A stretch of 64,000 nucleotides of DNA. Origin: Ignavibacteriota bacterium (GTDB lineage Bacteria > Bacteroidota > Ignavibacteria > UBA10030 > CAVZMI01). Made by a program: the position numbers and the translations under genes. The notes beneath the pieces are model-generated. The model saw nothing but the letters and a program-made list of their open reading frames with translations. It made no database searches and was not told where the DNA came from. Where the stretch lies: the NCBI GenBank assembly GCA_963776275.1, contig CAVZMI010000038.1, positions 37,239-101,238 on the forward strand, given 5' to 3'. Positions 50,516 through 62,700 of the stretch are shown here, in pieces. Every line of letters begins with the position of its first letter. Position 1 is the first letter of the stretch.

Positions 50516-53500
50516 ATGAAAACAGCATTTCAATGTTTTCTCGTGTTGTGTCTGGGAATACATATCTGCGGTGCACAACCGGCGCGGCAGTTCAATCTGC
50601 TGGCACAAACCGACCGCAGCGTTGATATCAGTTTTAAATCGCCACAGTATCTCCCTAGATCTATCATCATCGATGGCCGGGCAGCGCGTCTGTTTGAAGG
50701 AAAATACGCAACAACGCTTGAACGCGGTGTCCCACAGCTGCCGGTGTGTGGAACCCTGATTGCCCTTCCACCCGATGCGTCAACGATGAAACCGACACTC
50801 GAGATTATCGAACTTCAGCAATCATCTGAACCGGGAGGATTCGTCGCTCCTACTCCACGTGAACACCGGTTGGATAGCCTTCAGGTTCAATATTCGTACG
50901 AGCCGTCACCGGCAGTCTATAATCGTAATGCGTTTTATCCTGATCAGATTGTTGCACTTGGATCGCCAACTCTTCTCCGACATCAGCGTGTGGTAAATCT
51001 TACCATTCATCCGCTTCAATATAATCCCGTTACAGGCGAAATCAAAAGGGTGACCAAATTGGTTGTACGGGTTCATTTCGGGAATACGGCAAATCTCAAA
51101 ATGCCGTTGACACAACATGTCACCGCCGATCCTGCATTCGAAGATTTGTATCGCGAAACTATCCTCAATGCGTCCCAGGCTGCCTCATGGCAGATCGCTT
51201 CGCCACCTCGGATGGCAGCTGATTCGCTTCGGGATTGGTTCCGCCCTTATCCTGCCTTTGCGAAATTATCAGTTGTGAATGATGGAATTTATACAATAAC
51301 AGGACAACAGCTGCGAGGTGCCGGCATCCCGCTCGATGGTGTTGATCCGAAGACAATTAAAATTTTTTATTGCGGGAAGGAGATACCGATACTTGTAAAA
51401 GGTGAACTGGATGGAAAACTTGATTCGGCGGATGTGATCGAATTCTATGGTCTGCAAAATAGAGGTGCGAATGGGGCATTCCTTAGTGAATATACGGATA
51501 CGAATTCGTACTGGCTGGCATGGGGAAGCGGCAATGGTGTACGGATGATCGATAATCAAAATGCCACAGATACATCGCTCACGGTGGTGCCCGTTATATC
51601 ATGCGGTTCAGCATTTTGAGCAAGATCAAAATTATTATTGGGGTATCAATGATTATAATATCAATGATATTAGGAGAGTTCCGAGCGAGGGGTGGTACTG
51701 GACAAGTTTTTTACCGGGAGGTGGTGTTGCACAATTTCCATTCTCGCTGCCTGATGTCGATCCGGCTCATGATGCCGTACTCCGTATCCATCTTGGAGGG
51801 ATGACCGGATATTTTTCGACACCCGATCATCGATCCCGGATTTCTGTGAACGGAACAGTCATAGGGACTGTCGAATTCAATGGAAACCGAGATACCATCG
51901 CAGTTTTTTCAATACCCGCGCATATCCTTCTCTCCGGAACGAACATGATCGGGATAGAGTCTTTGGTTACAACATCAGATCCGAATGAATTTTATCTTGA
52001 TTGGTTTGAAATCGAGGGAAATTTCTCGTTTGTCGCTCACGATAACTCTCTAGCATTCTCTTCCGTTTCCGGCCCGGCGCGGTATGTCATCGGTGGAATA
52101 ACCGACTCGACTGTCTCTGTCTACGATCTGACCGCAGGCCGCACTCTCGAAAACATCACCGTTGCACAGAGCGGCACGAATTTTCAAGTCTCGTTCAATA
52201 CAAATGAAAACATCCCGCATCAATTTATCGTAATCGGTGAATCGGCAAAGAAGGTTCCGGTAAAAATTGAACAGAAAATATTCAAAGATATCCGTGCGAA
52301 TTCATCGGGAGCCGATTACATCATCATAACACACTCCGCATTTCGTTCCGCTGCAGATCGTCTTGCACAGCAACGGCATACGGAAAATTCCTTTCGGACA
52401 GCGGTCATTGACGTACAGGATATTTATGATGAATTTAATTACGGAGTATTCGCGCCTGAACCAATCAAGGATTTCATCCGGTATGCATATTCACAGTGGC
52501 CGCCGCCGGCTCCCGCATATCTTGTGATGTTCGGAGATGCGATCTGGGATTTCCGGCATATCCTTTCCGATACGCATAAGACGAATTTTGTTCCTGCCTA
52601 TGGATGTCCTCCGACAGATAACTGGTACGTTAGTTTTGATCAGGATGAGATTATTCCTTCGCTTTATGTCGGGCGTATTCCGGTTGAGAACCTTACAATA
52701 GCGAACGATTATGTAGATAAGCTTATCGAATATGACAATTACCAGTTGGGAAATTGGAACAAGCGGTTTTTGTTTATCTCAGGAGGGAATACCGATGTCG
52801 AAAAACACTCGTTCGATGGTCAGTCGATGGATTTTATCGGTCGCTTTGTCGTACCTCCTCCCATTGCTGGCATCGCAGATACCATAATGAAAACAACAAG
52901 TTCGGTTGTGGATGGGGAACATAAAGATCGCATCAGAGCAATTTATAATGAAGGTGTTGTGTTTTCTAATTTTATCGGTCATTCCGGCGGAAGATTCTGG
53001 GCTGTAGATGCCGGAGACCCGGCAACGTTGCAGAATGCCGGGAAATATGTTTTCGGTTCAAGTGTAAGCTGTAACGTCGGTTTTTTTGCCGATAACCGAT
53101 CGAATGTATATTCCGAGGATTTTATTTTTGCGCATCGTGCAGGTGCAATTGCATTCTGGGCGGGAGCAGGATTCAGCAGTTACTCGCTCGGTAGTGTTGT
53201 TACCGAATTCTTCCTGTCAGGAGTCGCAAAAGACACACTGCGTGATCTGGGAAAATTGACAACACTTGCACGCATCGGCCTCTGGACGCATTACGGTCCT
53301 TCCGATAAAATTACACCGGGCGTCAATCTCTACCCGTTGATTGGTGATCCTGCGACGCAGCTGGCGATTCCCCGGATACCCGATCTCGAGATCGCTTCGA
53401 GTGATATTCGTACAGAACCCGTCATACCGATCGAATCGGATTCAGCCGTTACTGTTTTCATTCGGCTGAGAAATTTCGGACTGGCAACAGCCGACAGTGT

Positions 53501-55879
53501 GCAAATTCACGTAGCCGATCTCTATCAAAACATGACATACGACCTCGGCACGATTTCGCTTCCGTCGGTCGGATATGCAGATTCGTTGGTGTTTCCCTGG
53601 AGGGTGAAAGGGAAAGCGGGTTCTCATTTGCTTACAGTTACGATTGATCCGGCGAATTTAATTTCCGAGGTGCGGGAAGACAACAATATTGCAGCACTGG
53701 CAGTGATGGTCGCTCCAACGAGCCTTTCTCCACTGTCACCTCTTCCCTATGGAGTTGTACCGGCAGGACCAGTTCAATTGCGAGTGACAGATCCACCCGG
53801 TGATGTTCCCGGAGGGCTGCAATTTCTTTTTGAAGTTGATACCTCAAATACATTCTCAAGTTCTCAAAAAACATCTTCGCCTCCAGTGCCTGAAGGCATC
53901 GCGGCGACCGGATGGATTACTCAAGCACTGCAACCCGGCATATATTATTGGAGAGCACGCACATATGACGGTTCTGCATATGGTGTCTGGATGAATAGCG
54001 CGTTTACGGTCTCTTCAACGATTGTGCCGAATGTGTTCCGGTGGCAGCAGCAATTCCCGTCCCTTGGAGGCGAATCTGTTTTTTCATCGACGATTCCAAT
54101 TGATAGTGGCGCCGTTCTTATACAGCAACAGCCGACGAAACTTTTTTACCGCGCTCTTGGTGCACGCGATAATACCGATAAAGATTATTATACCATAGCA
54201 CGAATTGATAACCAGACGATAACGGCTTACTGGTGGGAAGTGGGTGGAGGATTCATCGTTGTCGATGTCGATGAGAAGAGCGGAAATTACCGCTATGGGA
54301 CATTTGACAATTACAGCGAATATTTCCCGGATTCCATGGTCACGTATCTCGAATCGATTCCCACGGGACATTATGTCATGATGGGGACTATTTACCGGGG
54401 CAAAACCAATGTCTCAGAAGCTCTTTATCAGGAAATAGAGAAACTCGGATCGACAATGATACGGCAGGTGGTCGATTTTGATGCATGGTGCTTTATCGGG
54501 AGAAGAACTTCAGGCGGGGGAGTAAAAATTGTAGAAGAGCACAGTCAGACTGACTCTGCAGTTGTCGCGTATGAAATTCCCAACATTTATCGTGTCCTTA
54601 AAGGGAGTATTGAATCATCTCAGATCGGACCGGTTCGTCAGTGGTCAAAAGTTGCGTGGAGCGGTACAGCCCAGCCGTCGGTGAGCGGAATTATGGTTCA
54701 AGTACTCGGAGACCGTGGAACGAGTATTGATACTCTGCTTACATCGAGGAATGCAATGGATTCTCTTGATATTCATACCGTTGATCAACGTCTCTATCCA
54801 AAGCTCCGCCTCCTTGCAACGCTCGAGAGCTTTACGGGCGACCAGACTCCTCGATTTTCCGGGTGGCGCGTCGACTTCGTGCCATCCCCTGATCTTGCTA
54901 TCGGATCACAAACAATCAAAGTAGGCGCCGATACAGTGACGGAGGGGAATTCTGTTGATGTCGATCTCGATGTCTATAACATCGGTAATGGTGCGGCGGA
55001 TTCGATAAAAGTCCGACTTATTCGAACCGGACTGAACAATGTTCCGGTGATTGTCGACGAGAAAATAATTGATACACTACCGCCACTTCAATCTCAAAGA
55101 GTGCACTTTACACTGAGTACCGCCGGAATTACCGGCAGGCAACAGCTCAAATGCGAAGTGCAGTCGCTTGGCGTGGTTGATCAATATGAATTCGACAATA
55201 TTGCGCTCGCACAATTTACCGTACGCGGTGATTCCCTCCAGCCGAATATGGCGGTGACCTTCGACGGTGTAGAAATTGTCGATGGCGATTATGTGAGACC
55301 TGCGCCACAGATTCTTGTCACAATGAATGATAACACGGTATTCATGCCGGCTGATACGTCAACGATCTCAATTGCACTCGATACTAAAAGGATACCGTAC
55401 GCGAATAACCCGTCGCTGAATTTCACTCCACTTCCATCAGGCGGGGCACAGGCTTCTTCACACCGACCCTCAGCGATGGCGATCATACGATGAAGATCGA
55501 GGCGCACGATATCGCCGGGAATAACGCCGACAATCAAGGATCACGGACCATATCTTTTGTAGTCCAGGGTCAACAGCAGCTTCTGAACGTTTTAAATTTC
55601 CCCAATCCGTTTGCGACAGAGACGTATTTTACATTCAACTATACGGGCTCACAGCCACCGGAGGAGGCTTCGATAAAAATATTTACAGTAGCCGGACGAT
55701 TGATAAGATCAATTAAGAGTTATGGATCGGATTTACGGATCGGTTTTAATCGCATCGCCTGGGATGGAAGGGATAATGAAGGAGACGAAATCGGCAACGG
55801 CGTATATTTCTATATTCTATCGGTTCGCGCGGGAGATCAGACAGATCAGGCAAAAGGAACCGTGGCGAAGGTGCGGTAG
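50516..55879 (+). CDS. Large C25 cysteine peptidase (gingipain/PorU-like) with propeptide, CARDB-like domains and FlgD/T9SS C-terminus; frameshifts near 51592 and 55455
   Basis: Propeptide (GVPQLP, PLQYNP), ADYIIITH, DIYDEFNYG, GRIP, catalytic FIGH and SCNVG, LIGDP, EVREDNN, NFPNPF..WDGRD..NGVYFY. Confidence 0.85.
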
Positions 55880-55936
55880 GAGTCAAGCAAGTACTATGAT
55901 GTCGAGTATCTGGATTTTCTAAACATTCAGTTTGTT

Positions 55937-56201
55937 GGTAGGTCGCCCCTAATGGGGCTACAAATAGGCTACCCCTGACGGGGTATCCTGAAATGGCAGT
56001 TGATTTTTCACAAGCTCGTTTTCTTGTCGCTACTCCTGACGGAGTATCCCGATATGGCGGTTTTATTTGTGGGTTTTCTATTGATAATCGTAGAACAGTT
56101 TTAAACAAGAAACAGAATTCTCTTTAGTTCCGTAGGGACGGCCTATTGGTAAATTTTCGATAACGAAATATTAATTCCAAGCTCCGTAGGAGCGGCCTAT
56201 T
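55937..56201. repeat. Cluster of CCCCT(N)ACGGGG / CTCCGTAGGAG REP-like palindromes in both orientations
   Basis: gcccctaatggggc, acccctgacggggt, actcctgacggagt, ttccgtagggacggcctat, gctccgtaggagcggcctat. Confidence 0.7.
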
Positions 56202-56265
56202 TCCAATCACCACAGTGATTCAACATACATCGGGATGGTAGAAGTGGCAGAGATTTCAAGGTAAT

Positions 56266-56298
56266 AAAAAAAGAGCTCCAGGTGTGTGGAACTCTTCA
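56266..56298 (-). terminator. Intrinsic terminator of T9SS cargo gene 1
   Basis: AAGAG.TCCA..TGGA.CTCTT stem with an A-run on + (U-tract on -). Confidence 0.65.
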
Positions 56299-56323
56299 AC
56301 AAATAAATCCATATTAATATTCT

Positions 56324-58858
56324 TTACTTCAGCAGTATCATCTTCTTTACAGCCGAGAATTTTCCGCTCTTCAGTATGTAATAATATGTCCCTGATGACA
56401 GGTTCGTTCCGTTGAACGTCACCTTGTGGATCAGACCCGCAGGAAGAATCTCTCCGTCAACCAGTGAAGCAACTTCCTGACCGAGAGTGTTATAGACTTT
56501 CAAAGATGTCGGTGCATCATCGGGTATCGAAAATTCGATCGTCGTTATCGGATTAAACGGACTCGGATAGTTCTGACCGAGCATGAATGATTTATCCGTT
56601 GCACCCGACACCACCTCGACGACATTGCTGTATTCAAACGCACCGTCGAAATCGGTTTGTTTCAAACGGTAATTCAGTGTTCCTGAAGGTGCATTTTTAT
56701 CGGTGTACGAATACTCCTGCGGTACGGTTGTCGTGCCGTGTCCGCCCACAAATCCGATCTTTGTCCAGACTCCATCAGTAGATTGCCGCTCGATATCGAA
56801 GCCGTAATTATTTTTCTCGCTTGCGGTCTTCCATTCCAGCGTAACATCGAATTTCCTTGCCGATGCGGTGAATGAAGTGAGCTGGACAGGCAGCGGTTCA
56901 GCGCCTTCTGCAATCGTCCAGTATGAGAATTGTGCGATTCCTGTTTGTTCTACATAGCTGTTTGCACTTCCAGTCACTCTCGATGAGAATAGCTTATCCT
57001 CCCAGGCAGTTCCGTTATATCGCCATAATGTGAAGAGAGCTTCAGTCAGTCCGTTGTTCTCGGCGGTGTCGTAGTGAAGCCGGAGGGTTGATGTTACTCC
57101 GCTTCCACCATGCTGGGTGATATCATAGTATCTTTTGATTGCATATGCCGGATTACCGACCGGTATATTTGTATTCGGATAACTTGTGATTGTAATACTA
57201 TCGGGGGTTGTGGTCACGCCTGTGGGTCGCACGTACGTATTCAGGCCCTCGAAGTAATAGTTGGTTCCAGTTGCAAATGCGTGGACATGACGAACCGAGC
57301 CGTTGACAAGCCCGTTTCCGGTACGTGTACTTGTAACACGCATGATGTTCGAGCCGGTGGTCATATTGCCATCGGTCATAGTAAGTGTCGATGCAGTAAC
57401 ACTGCCGTTGGTGAGGTTTACACCGGCTGCATTATTCACTTCGAGTATGCCGTATGTGACGGTATTCGCGATAGTTTGTGCGGCGGTTCCATCATAGCTG
57501 ACTCTGCTTGTCGTATTAATATTTGGAGTACCGTTATAACCTATCGGGAAATTGCTCCCTGTAACACCGCCGGTGGTTCCGCCGACGAGCAGAGTACCCG
57601 TGGTTCCGATTGCGAGGATCTTTCCGGAAGAGTTTCCGTTCATCGTGAATGTTGAAAGATCAAGCGTTCCATTTACCGTAAGATTTCCATAGACCATAAA
57701 GCTATTCGCGATGACTGCCGTTCCCGAGAGCACGGAGAAATTTCCAATAACCGCCGAGTTGAGAGGGATAACAGCAAGATAATCCAAGTTAGGTCCACTT
57801 TCGCCTATGGCAGTCAGTCTGATGGTATTTGCACCGGCGATCAGGTTCACAGGATTGCTGTGGAGTACAGAATAATTCGTCCATTCCGGACCTACTCTTG
57901 TGAACGTCAGGCTATCGTCTGCCACGACTCCGTTAACCCTTAATTCGAGGGTACGATTGGTGGTGTCGAGAGCGTATCTAAAGATGAGTTCAGTCGTGAC
58001 GGCATTGCCTGTGTTAATAGTCCATTCAACGTAATCGCCGGTGAGATTCAGATAATCGGCGAATCCGGTTCCCGAATAGCCGGGGTGATCGTTGGCAAAT
58101 ACCGCTCCGCTCATAGTAGCGTTTTCCGCTTCGAAATATGGTCCTGAAAGAATTGAGAAAGTCGCCGTACCCGACGGTTTATTTACAACAACGTTGTTGA
58201 AAAGCATACCGCCAACAAGCGATATCGTTTGAGCGTTTGTGCTGTCGAACGTGACCGTGCCCGATGTTCCCGGCGCTAGCGTACCGTAACTTCCTGTCGA
58301 GGTCAGATCTCCGGCGATATAAATATTACCGGCTCCTGAGATATTAATGGCTGTTCGGGTATCGCTGGTTATGTTTGCGAAGGAAATGCTTCCGTTGACA
58401 TCGAGAGTCCCGCTCGTGATATTAATGCGGGTGATTCTTGTATCGTCCGTCCCCTCGTTCAAGGTGATATTTCCATTGACGGTGGCCGTGGCAGCGTTGA
58501 TGTTCCATGTTTTATTGTGGTTGTTTCCGGTCGGTGAATTGAATATGACGTTACCATTGACGGTCAGGGTTGTTCCGTCGTTCATTGTGAGTATGGAATT
58601 GTTGGCATCGTTTGCGAAGGTAAGAGTCAGACATACCGCAGCGGCGGTTATAGTGACAGTATGGTTTCCGCCAATAGTTACATCGTCAGTGATGGTTGGA
58701 GGGATTGTTGTGTTGAAGCCATTCCGTTGCCAGGTAGTCGTCCCATTCCAGTTACCGGAGTTTCGTACCGTGTATGCAGCGGATTCGAGTAACGATGGAA
58801 AGAATAAAATGATGGAAAAAACGATAAGACATAATCTCATGTATATAGTTGTATGCAT
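56324..58858 (-). CDS. T9SS-secreted beta-helix-like surface protein with inserted CBM6/CBM35-like module (paralog 1)
   Basis: Signal peptide, Gly/Thr/Asn-rich repeats, FEAENA..GYSGTGFADY..GANTIRL..PNLDYL, PLPVQLTSF, QNYPSPFNP..KKMILLK. Confidence 0.85.
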   Translation of the reverse strand: MHTTIYMRLCLIVFSIILFFPSLLESAAYTVRNSGNWNGTTTWQRNGFNTTIPPTITDDVTIGGNHTVTITAAAVCLTLTFANDANNSILTMNDGTTLTVNGNVIFNSPTGNNHNKTWNINAATATVNGNITLNEGTDDTRITRINITSGTLDVNGSISFANITSDTRTAINISGAGNIYIAGDLTSTGSYGTLAPGTSGTVTFDSTNAQTISLVGGMLFNNVVVNKPSGTATFSILSGPYFEAENATMSGAVFANDHPGYSGTGFADYLNLTGDYVEWTINTGNAVTTELIFRYALDTTNRTLELRVNGVVADDSLTFTRVGPEWTNYSVLHSNPVNLIAGANTIRLTAIGESGPNLDYLAVIPLNSAVIGNFSVLSGTAVIANSFMVYGNLTVNGTLDLSTFTMNGNSSGKILAIGTTGTLLVGGTTGGVTGSNFPIGYNGTPNINTTSRVSYDGTAAQTIANTVTYGILEVNNAAGVNLTNGSVTASTLTMTDGNMTTGSNIMRVTSTRTGNGLVNGSVRHVHAFATGTNYYFEGLNTYVRPTGVTTTPDSITITSYPNTNIPVGNPAYAIKRYYDITQHGGSGVTSTLRLHYDTAENNGLTEALFTLWRYNGTAWEDKLFSSRVTGSANSYVEQTGIAQFSYWTIAEGAEPLPVQLTSFTASARKFDVTLEWKTASEKNNYGFDIERQSTDGVWTKIGFVGGHGTTTVPQEYSYTDKNAPSGTLNYRLKQTDFDGAFEYSNVVEVVSGATDKSFMLGQNYPSPFNPITTIEFSIPDDAPTSLKVYNTLGQEVASLVDGEILPAGLIHKVTFNGTNLSSGTYYYILKSGKFSAVKKMILLK

Positions 58859-59211
58859 GGCGATCCCCCCCGCAAAAGATTTAACATTAATCATCGTATC
58901 GTAGACATAAAATTAACACTCGAGCCCTTACCCTTGATCTATCAGTTTCCCCCTATTCTATTATCGGCAGAAATCGGAAAAAATCCAGTTTTAATAATAG
59001 CAAGGTAACGGTATCCATGCCCGGGTATCGAGATTCTCTCCCATGAAGCAAGAAAATTTACGGATATGGTGATCATTACTCCCGATATACTGAATCGTCA
59101 CAAAATAAGTTGATGATTTTTTATAAAAGCAAAAGCCCCGGAGAGATGCCTTCCGAGGCTTTTTCAGTAATGAACAATAAAAGGATTTATTTACTAACAG
59201 GATAAATGTCT
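58853..59211 (-). promoter_or_regulatory. Duplicated intergenic module (terminator, conserved blocks, leader/RBS), copy 1
   Basis: Aligns with 62247-62700 in several blocks. Confidence 0.7.
59129..59165 (-). terminator. Intrinsic (bidirectional-type) terminator after paralog 2
   Basis: AAAAGCC.CGGA..TCCG.GGCTTTT. Confidence 0.7.
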
Positions 59212-62200
59212 TTATTTCAGCAGTATCATCTTCTTTACAGCCGAGAATTTTCCGCTCTTCAGTATGTAATAATATGTCCCTGATGACAGGTTCGTTCCAT
59301 TGAACGTCACCTTGTGGATCAGACCCGCAGGAAGAATCTCTCCGTCAACCAGTGAAGCAACTTCCTGACCGAGAGTGTTGTAGACTTTCAAAGAAGTAGG
59401 TGCATCATCAGGGATTGAAAATTCGATCGTCGTTGCCGGGTTAAACGGACTCGGATAATTCTGACCGAGCATGAATGATTTATCCGTTGCACCCGATAGC
59501 ACCTCGACAATCTTGCTGTATTCAAACGTACCGTCGAAATCGGTTTGTTTCAAACGGTAATTTAGTGTTCCCGAAGGTGCATTTTTATCGGTGTACGAAT
59601 ACTCCTGCGGTACGGTCGTTGTGCCGTGTCCGCCCACGAATCCGATCTTTGTCCAGACTCCATCAGTAGATTGCCGCTCGATATCGAAGCCGTAATTATT
59701 TTTCTCGCTTGCGGTCTTCCATTCCAGCGTAACGTCGAATTTCTTTGCCGATGTGGTGAATGAAGTGAGCTGGACAGGCAGCGGTCCAGCGCCTTCTGCA
59801 ATCGTCCAGTATGAGAATTGTGCGATTCCTGTTTGTTCTACATAGCTGTTTGCACTTCCAATCACTCTCGATGAAAATAGCTGATCATCCCAGGCAGTAC
59901 CATTATATCGCCATAATGTAAATGCAGATTCGTTCAGGCCGTTTTTTTCAGCCGTATCGTAATGCAATCGGAGGGTTGATGTTAGTCCGCTTCCACCATG
60001 CTGGGTGATATCATAATATCTCTTGATTGCATATGCCGGGTTACCAACCGGTATATTTGTATTCGGATAACTTGTAATTGTAATACTATCGGGGGTCGTG
60101 GTCATGCCTGTGGGTCGCACGTACGTATTAGGCCCCTCGAAGTAGTAGTAGGTTCCTGCAACGAATGGATGAATCTGCCGGATTGTGCCGATGATCAATC
60201 CATTTCCGTCGCGGTAATTAGTCACCCTCATGACATTTGCGCCGGTTGTCATGTTCCCGGAAGTCATCGTAAGTGAATTGGCCGTGATCGTCCCGTTATT
60301 GAGGTTTACACCGGCCGTGTTGTTTACTTCAAGAATTCCGTACATAATCGTATTTGCAATGGCCTGAGCGGAAGTGCCATTGTAGAGAACACGACTCGTC
60401 GAATTAATACTTGGTATCCCGGTATATCCGGTAGGGAAATTGCTTCCTGTAACTCCCCCTGTCGTGCCTCCAATCTGGAGAACGCCCGTCGGTCCAAGTG
60501 TCAATATTTTTCCCGATGAATTTCCATTGATTGTGTACGTGGAAAGATTGAACGTGCCTGTAACAGAAAGATTTCCAACGGGAGCGGTGGTCATACTTGT
60601 ATTCAATGCCACGGTTCCCGACATCAGGAGATTCCCCCACGCAAAATTATCGACCGTTTCGCTTGTACCGGCAAACTCGATTGTACCTGTGGAATATGTG
60701 CGCGTTCCTGTCCCGATATATTGTCCCACGAGATTCGAATTAGCTCTTGTGACGCGTGCAGTTCCGACGACATTCATCGGAATAGTATTAAAAGTGATCG
60801 TTTTAGTCGGTTCCGGATTTAGCGTGCCGCCACTTTCGATCGTGAAAATATCGTTACCGCTATAATTGGTAATGGTGAGGTTGACATTCGATGTCGTATA
60901 TCCTATGATTCGTGTATTGTACAGTTGGGTAAGATCATTCCCATTGATAGTTGTGTTTCCGAAACAAGTTTCGTCTGAAGGGGTATAGCCGGATCCCGTA
61001 GCATCTGCTCGGTACGACCCATTTACATTTACTATAGGTCCGAGGAACGACACTTTTACTCCTCTTCCACTTGTCCAGGCGTCAAGTGTAGCAGTCGGAT
61101 TGATGTTTACAACGCCGTTGAAGACAGCATGAAACGGTGTGGTAACAGAAGTATTATTGTATAAAGCTAAAGTAACTCCACTGTTGATAGTGAGCTCGTC
61201 GTTCACAGTAAAAATTGTGTCCGTGGCTGTAGTAGACCTTGGGGATTTTATTCCGCTCCCACTCAGTATCAGCTTTCCATACTGGATGCCGTGGTAAGGA
61301 ACATCTTGATCTCCGGCGCGATTAAACTCGACCGTACTCGCCTGGTCGAGAGAATATGTAGTGTAATTATTCGGGAAGTTGCTGGCATTCATTCCGCCGG
61401 TATTACTTCCGACAATAAGTTTTCCTGAGGCGCCGATAGTGAAGCTGTCCCGCCGGTAGCAGAGCGGTTACAGGTATATGTAACGATATCGAAAGTGCCC
61501 GAAGTTATCGTCAGGTTAGCACCAACCGTTATATTCGTTGTTGCTGTAAGTGTACCGGATGCTTTGTTCACGACGAGGTTGTTGAACGTCATTGCACCCT
61601 GGAGTCCAACAGATTGGGCACCCGTTCCATCGAATGTTATGGTCCCTGATCCTGGAGTCAAAGTTCCGTATGTACTTGATTCCGAGAGATTACCGCCGAT
61701 GGTGATATTTCCGGCTGCGTTGAAAATTATTACAGTGCGCGCATTATTTCCCGAAGTATAGCTGAGGTCACCGGCGATATCGAGAAGTGCCGCCGCATTA
61801 TTAATATTTATTTGAGCTATCCTTGTGTTACTAGTTCCGTTTCGAACGAGCGAGACATATCCACCAACCGTGACCGTTCCATTGATGGTCAATGCACTGG
61901 TATTAGTGTTACCGGGCGCATTGATAGTGATACTGCCGCTGACTGCGAGTGTGACACCGGCATTCACGGTGAGTATCCGTGCGCCGCTGTTTGTACTAAA
62001 GGTTATAGATGTACATGCTGCGTTACCAGAGACGGTGACATTATACCCTCCAACAAGTGTAACGTCGTCGTCAGCATCGGGAACGCCGTCGGCATCTGAA
62101 CCGGAAGTCAAGGTCCATGTTGCTGACGCACTCCAATCTCCAGTTGCTCTTGAACTAAAGGCGGCAGCCTCGGTTCTCGAAGGAATGAAAATTATTACAG

Positions 62201-62252
62201 AGGTGACTGCGATTAAGAAAAAGATGAATGTTGTCTTGATATAGGTATGCAT
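59212..62252 (-). CDS. T9SS-secreted beta-helix-like surface protein (paralog 2), frameshifted near 61447
   Basis: ORF 61389-62288 (signal peptide, TGDWS..TW..P.ADDDV) joins ORF 59212-61392 via SFTIGASGKLIVGSNTGG; same C-terminal domains as paralog 1. Confidence 0.82.
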
Positions 62253-62700
62253 GGCGATCCCCCGCACCAAATATTTAACATTAATCATCGTATCTGAAGA
62301 CGTAAATTCAATACTCGAGCCCTGACCATTGTTCCACCAAATATCGCTAAGGCAGGAACGATAAACAGAAGCTTTCCCCCCCTTATATTATCGTCAGAAA
62401 TTAGGAAAAATCCAATTTTAATAGTATTAAAATTATGAATTCCTTGTTTTATCACAATTTTAATAGAAAATTCCTGATCCTCGATTCGAATGATGACGGT
62501 ATCCATACCAAGGTCATCCGTTCCCTTTTCCAGGAGGTTAGAATATTTGCGGATATGGTTATTATTACTCCCGATATACTGAATCGTCATAAAATAAGTT
62601 GATGCTTTTTTATAAAAGCAAAAGCCCCGGAAAGATGCGTTCCGGGGCTTTTTCAGTAATGAACAATAAAAGAATTTATTTACTAACAGGATAAATGTCT
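62247..62700 (-). promoter_or_regulatory. Duplicated intergenic module, copy 2
   Basis: Aligns with 58853-59211, with two extra segments. Confidence 0.7.
62619..62654 (-). terminator. Intrinsic terminator after paralog 3
   Basis: AAAAGCCCCGGAA..TTCCGGGGCTTTT. Confidence 0.75.

Noticed and set aside
62285-62590. 101-aa ORF in the paralog 2/3 spacer
   Set aside because: The homologous spacer at 58.9-59.1 kb has indels that do not preserve it; no RBS or motifs.
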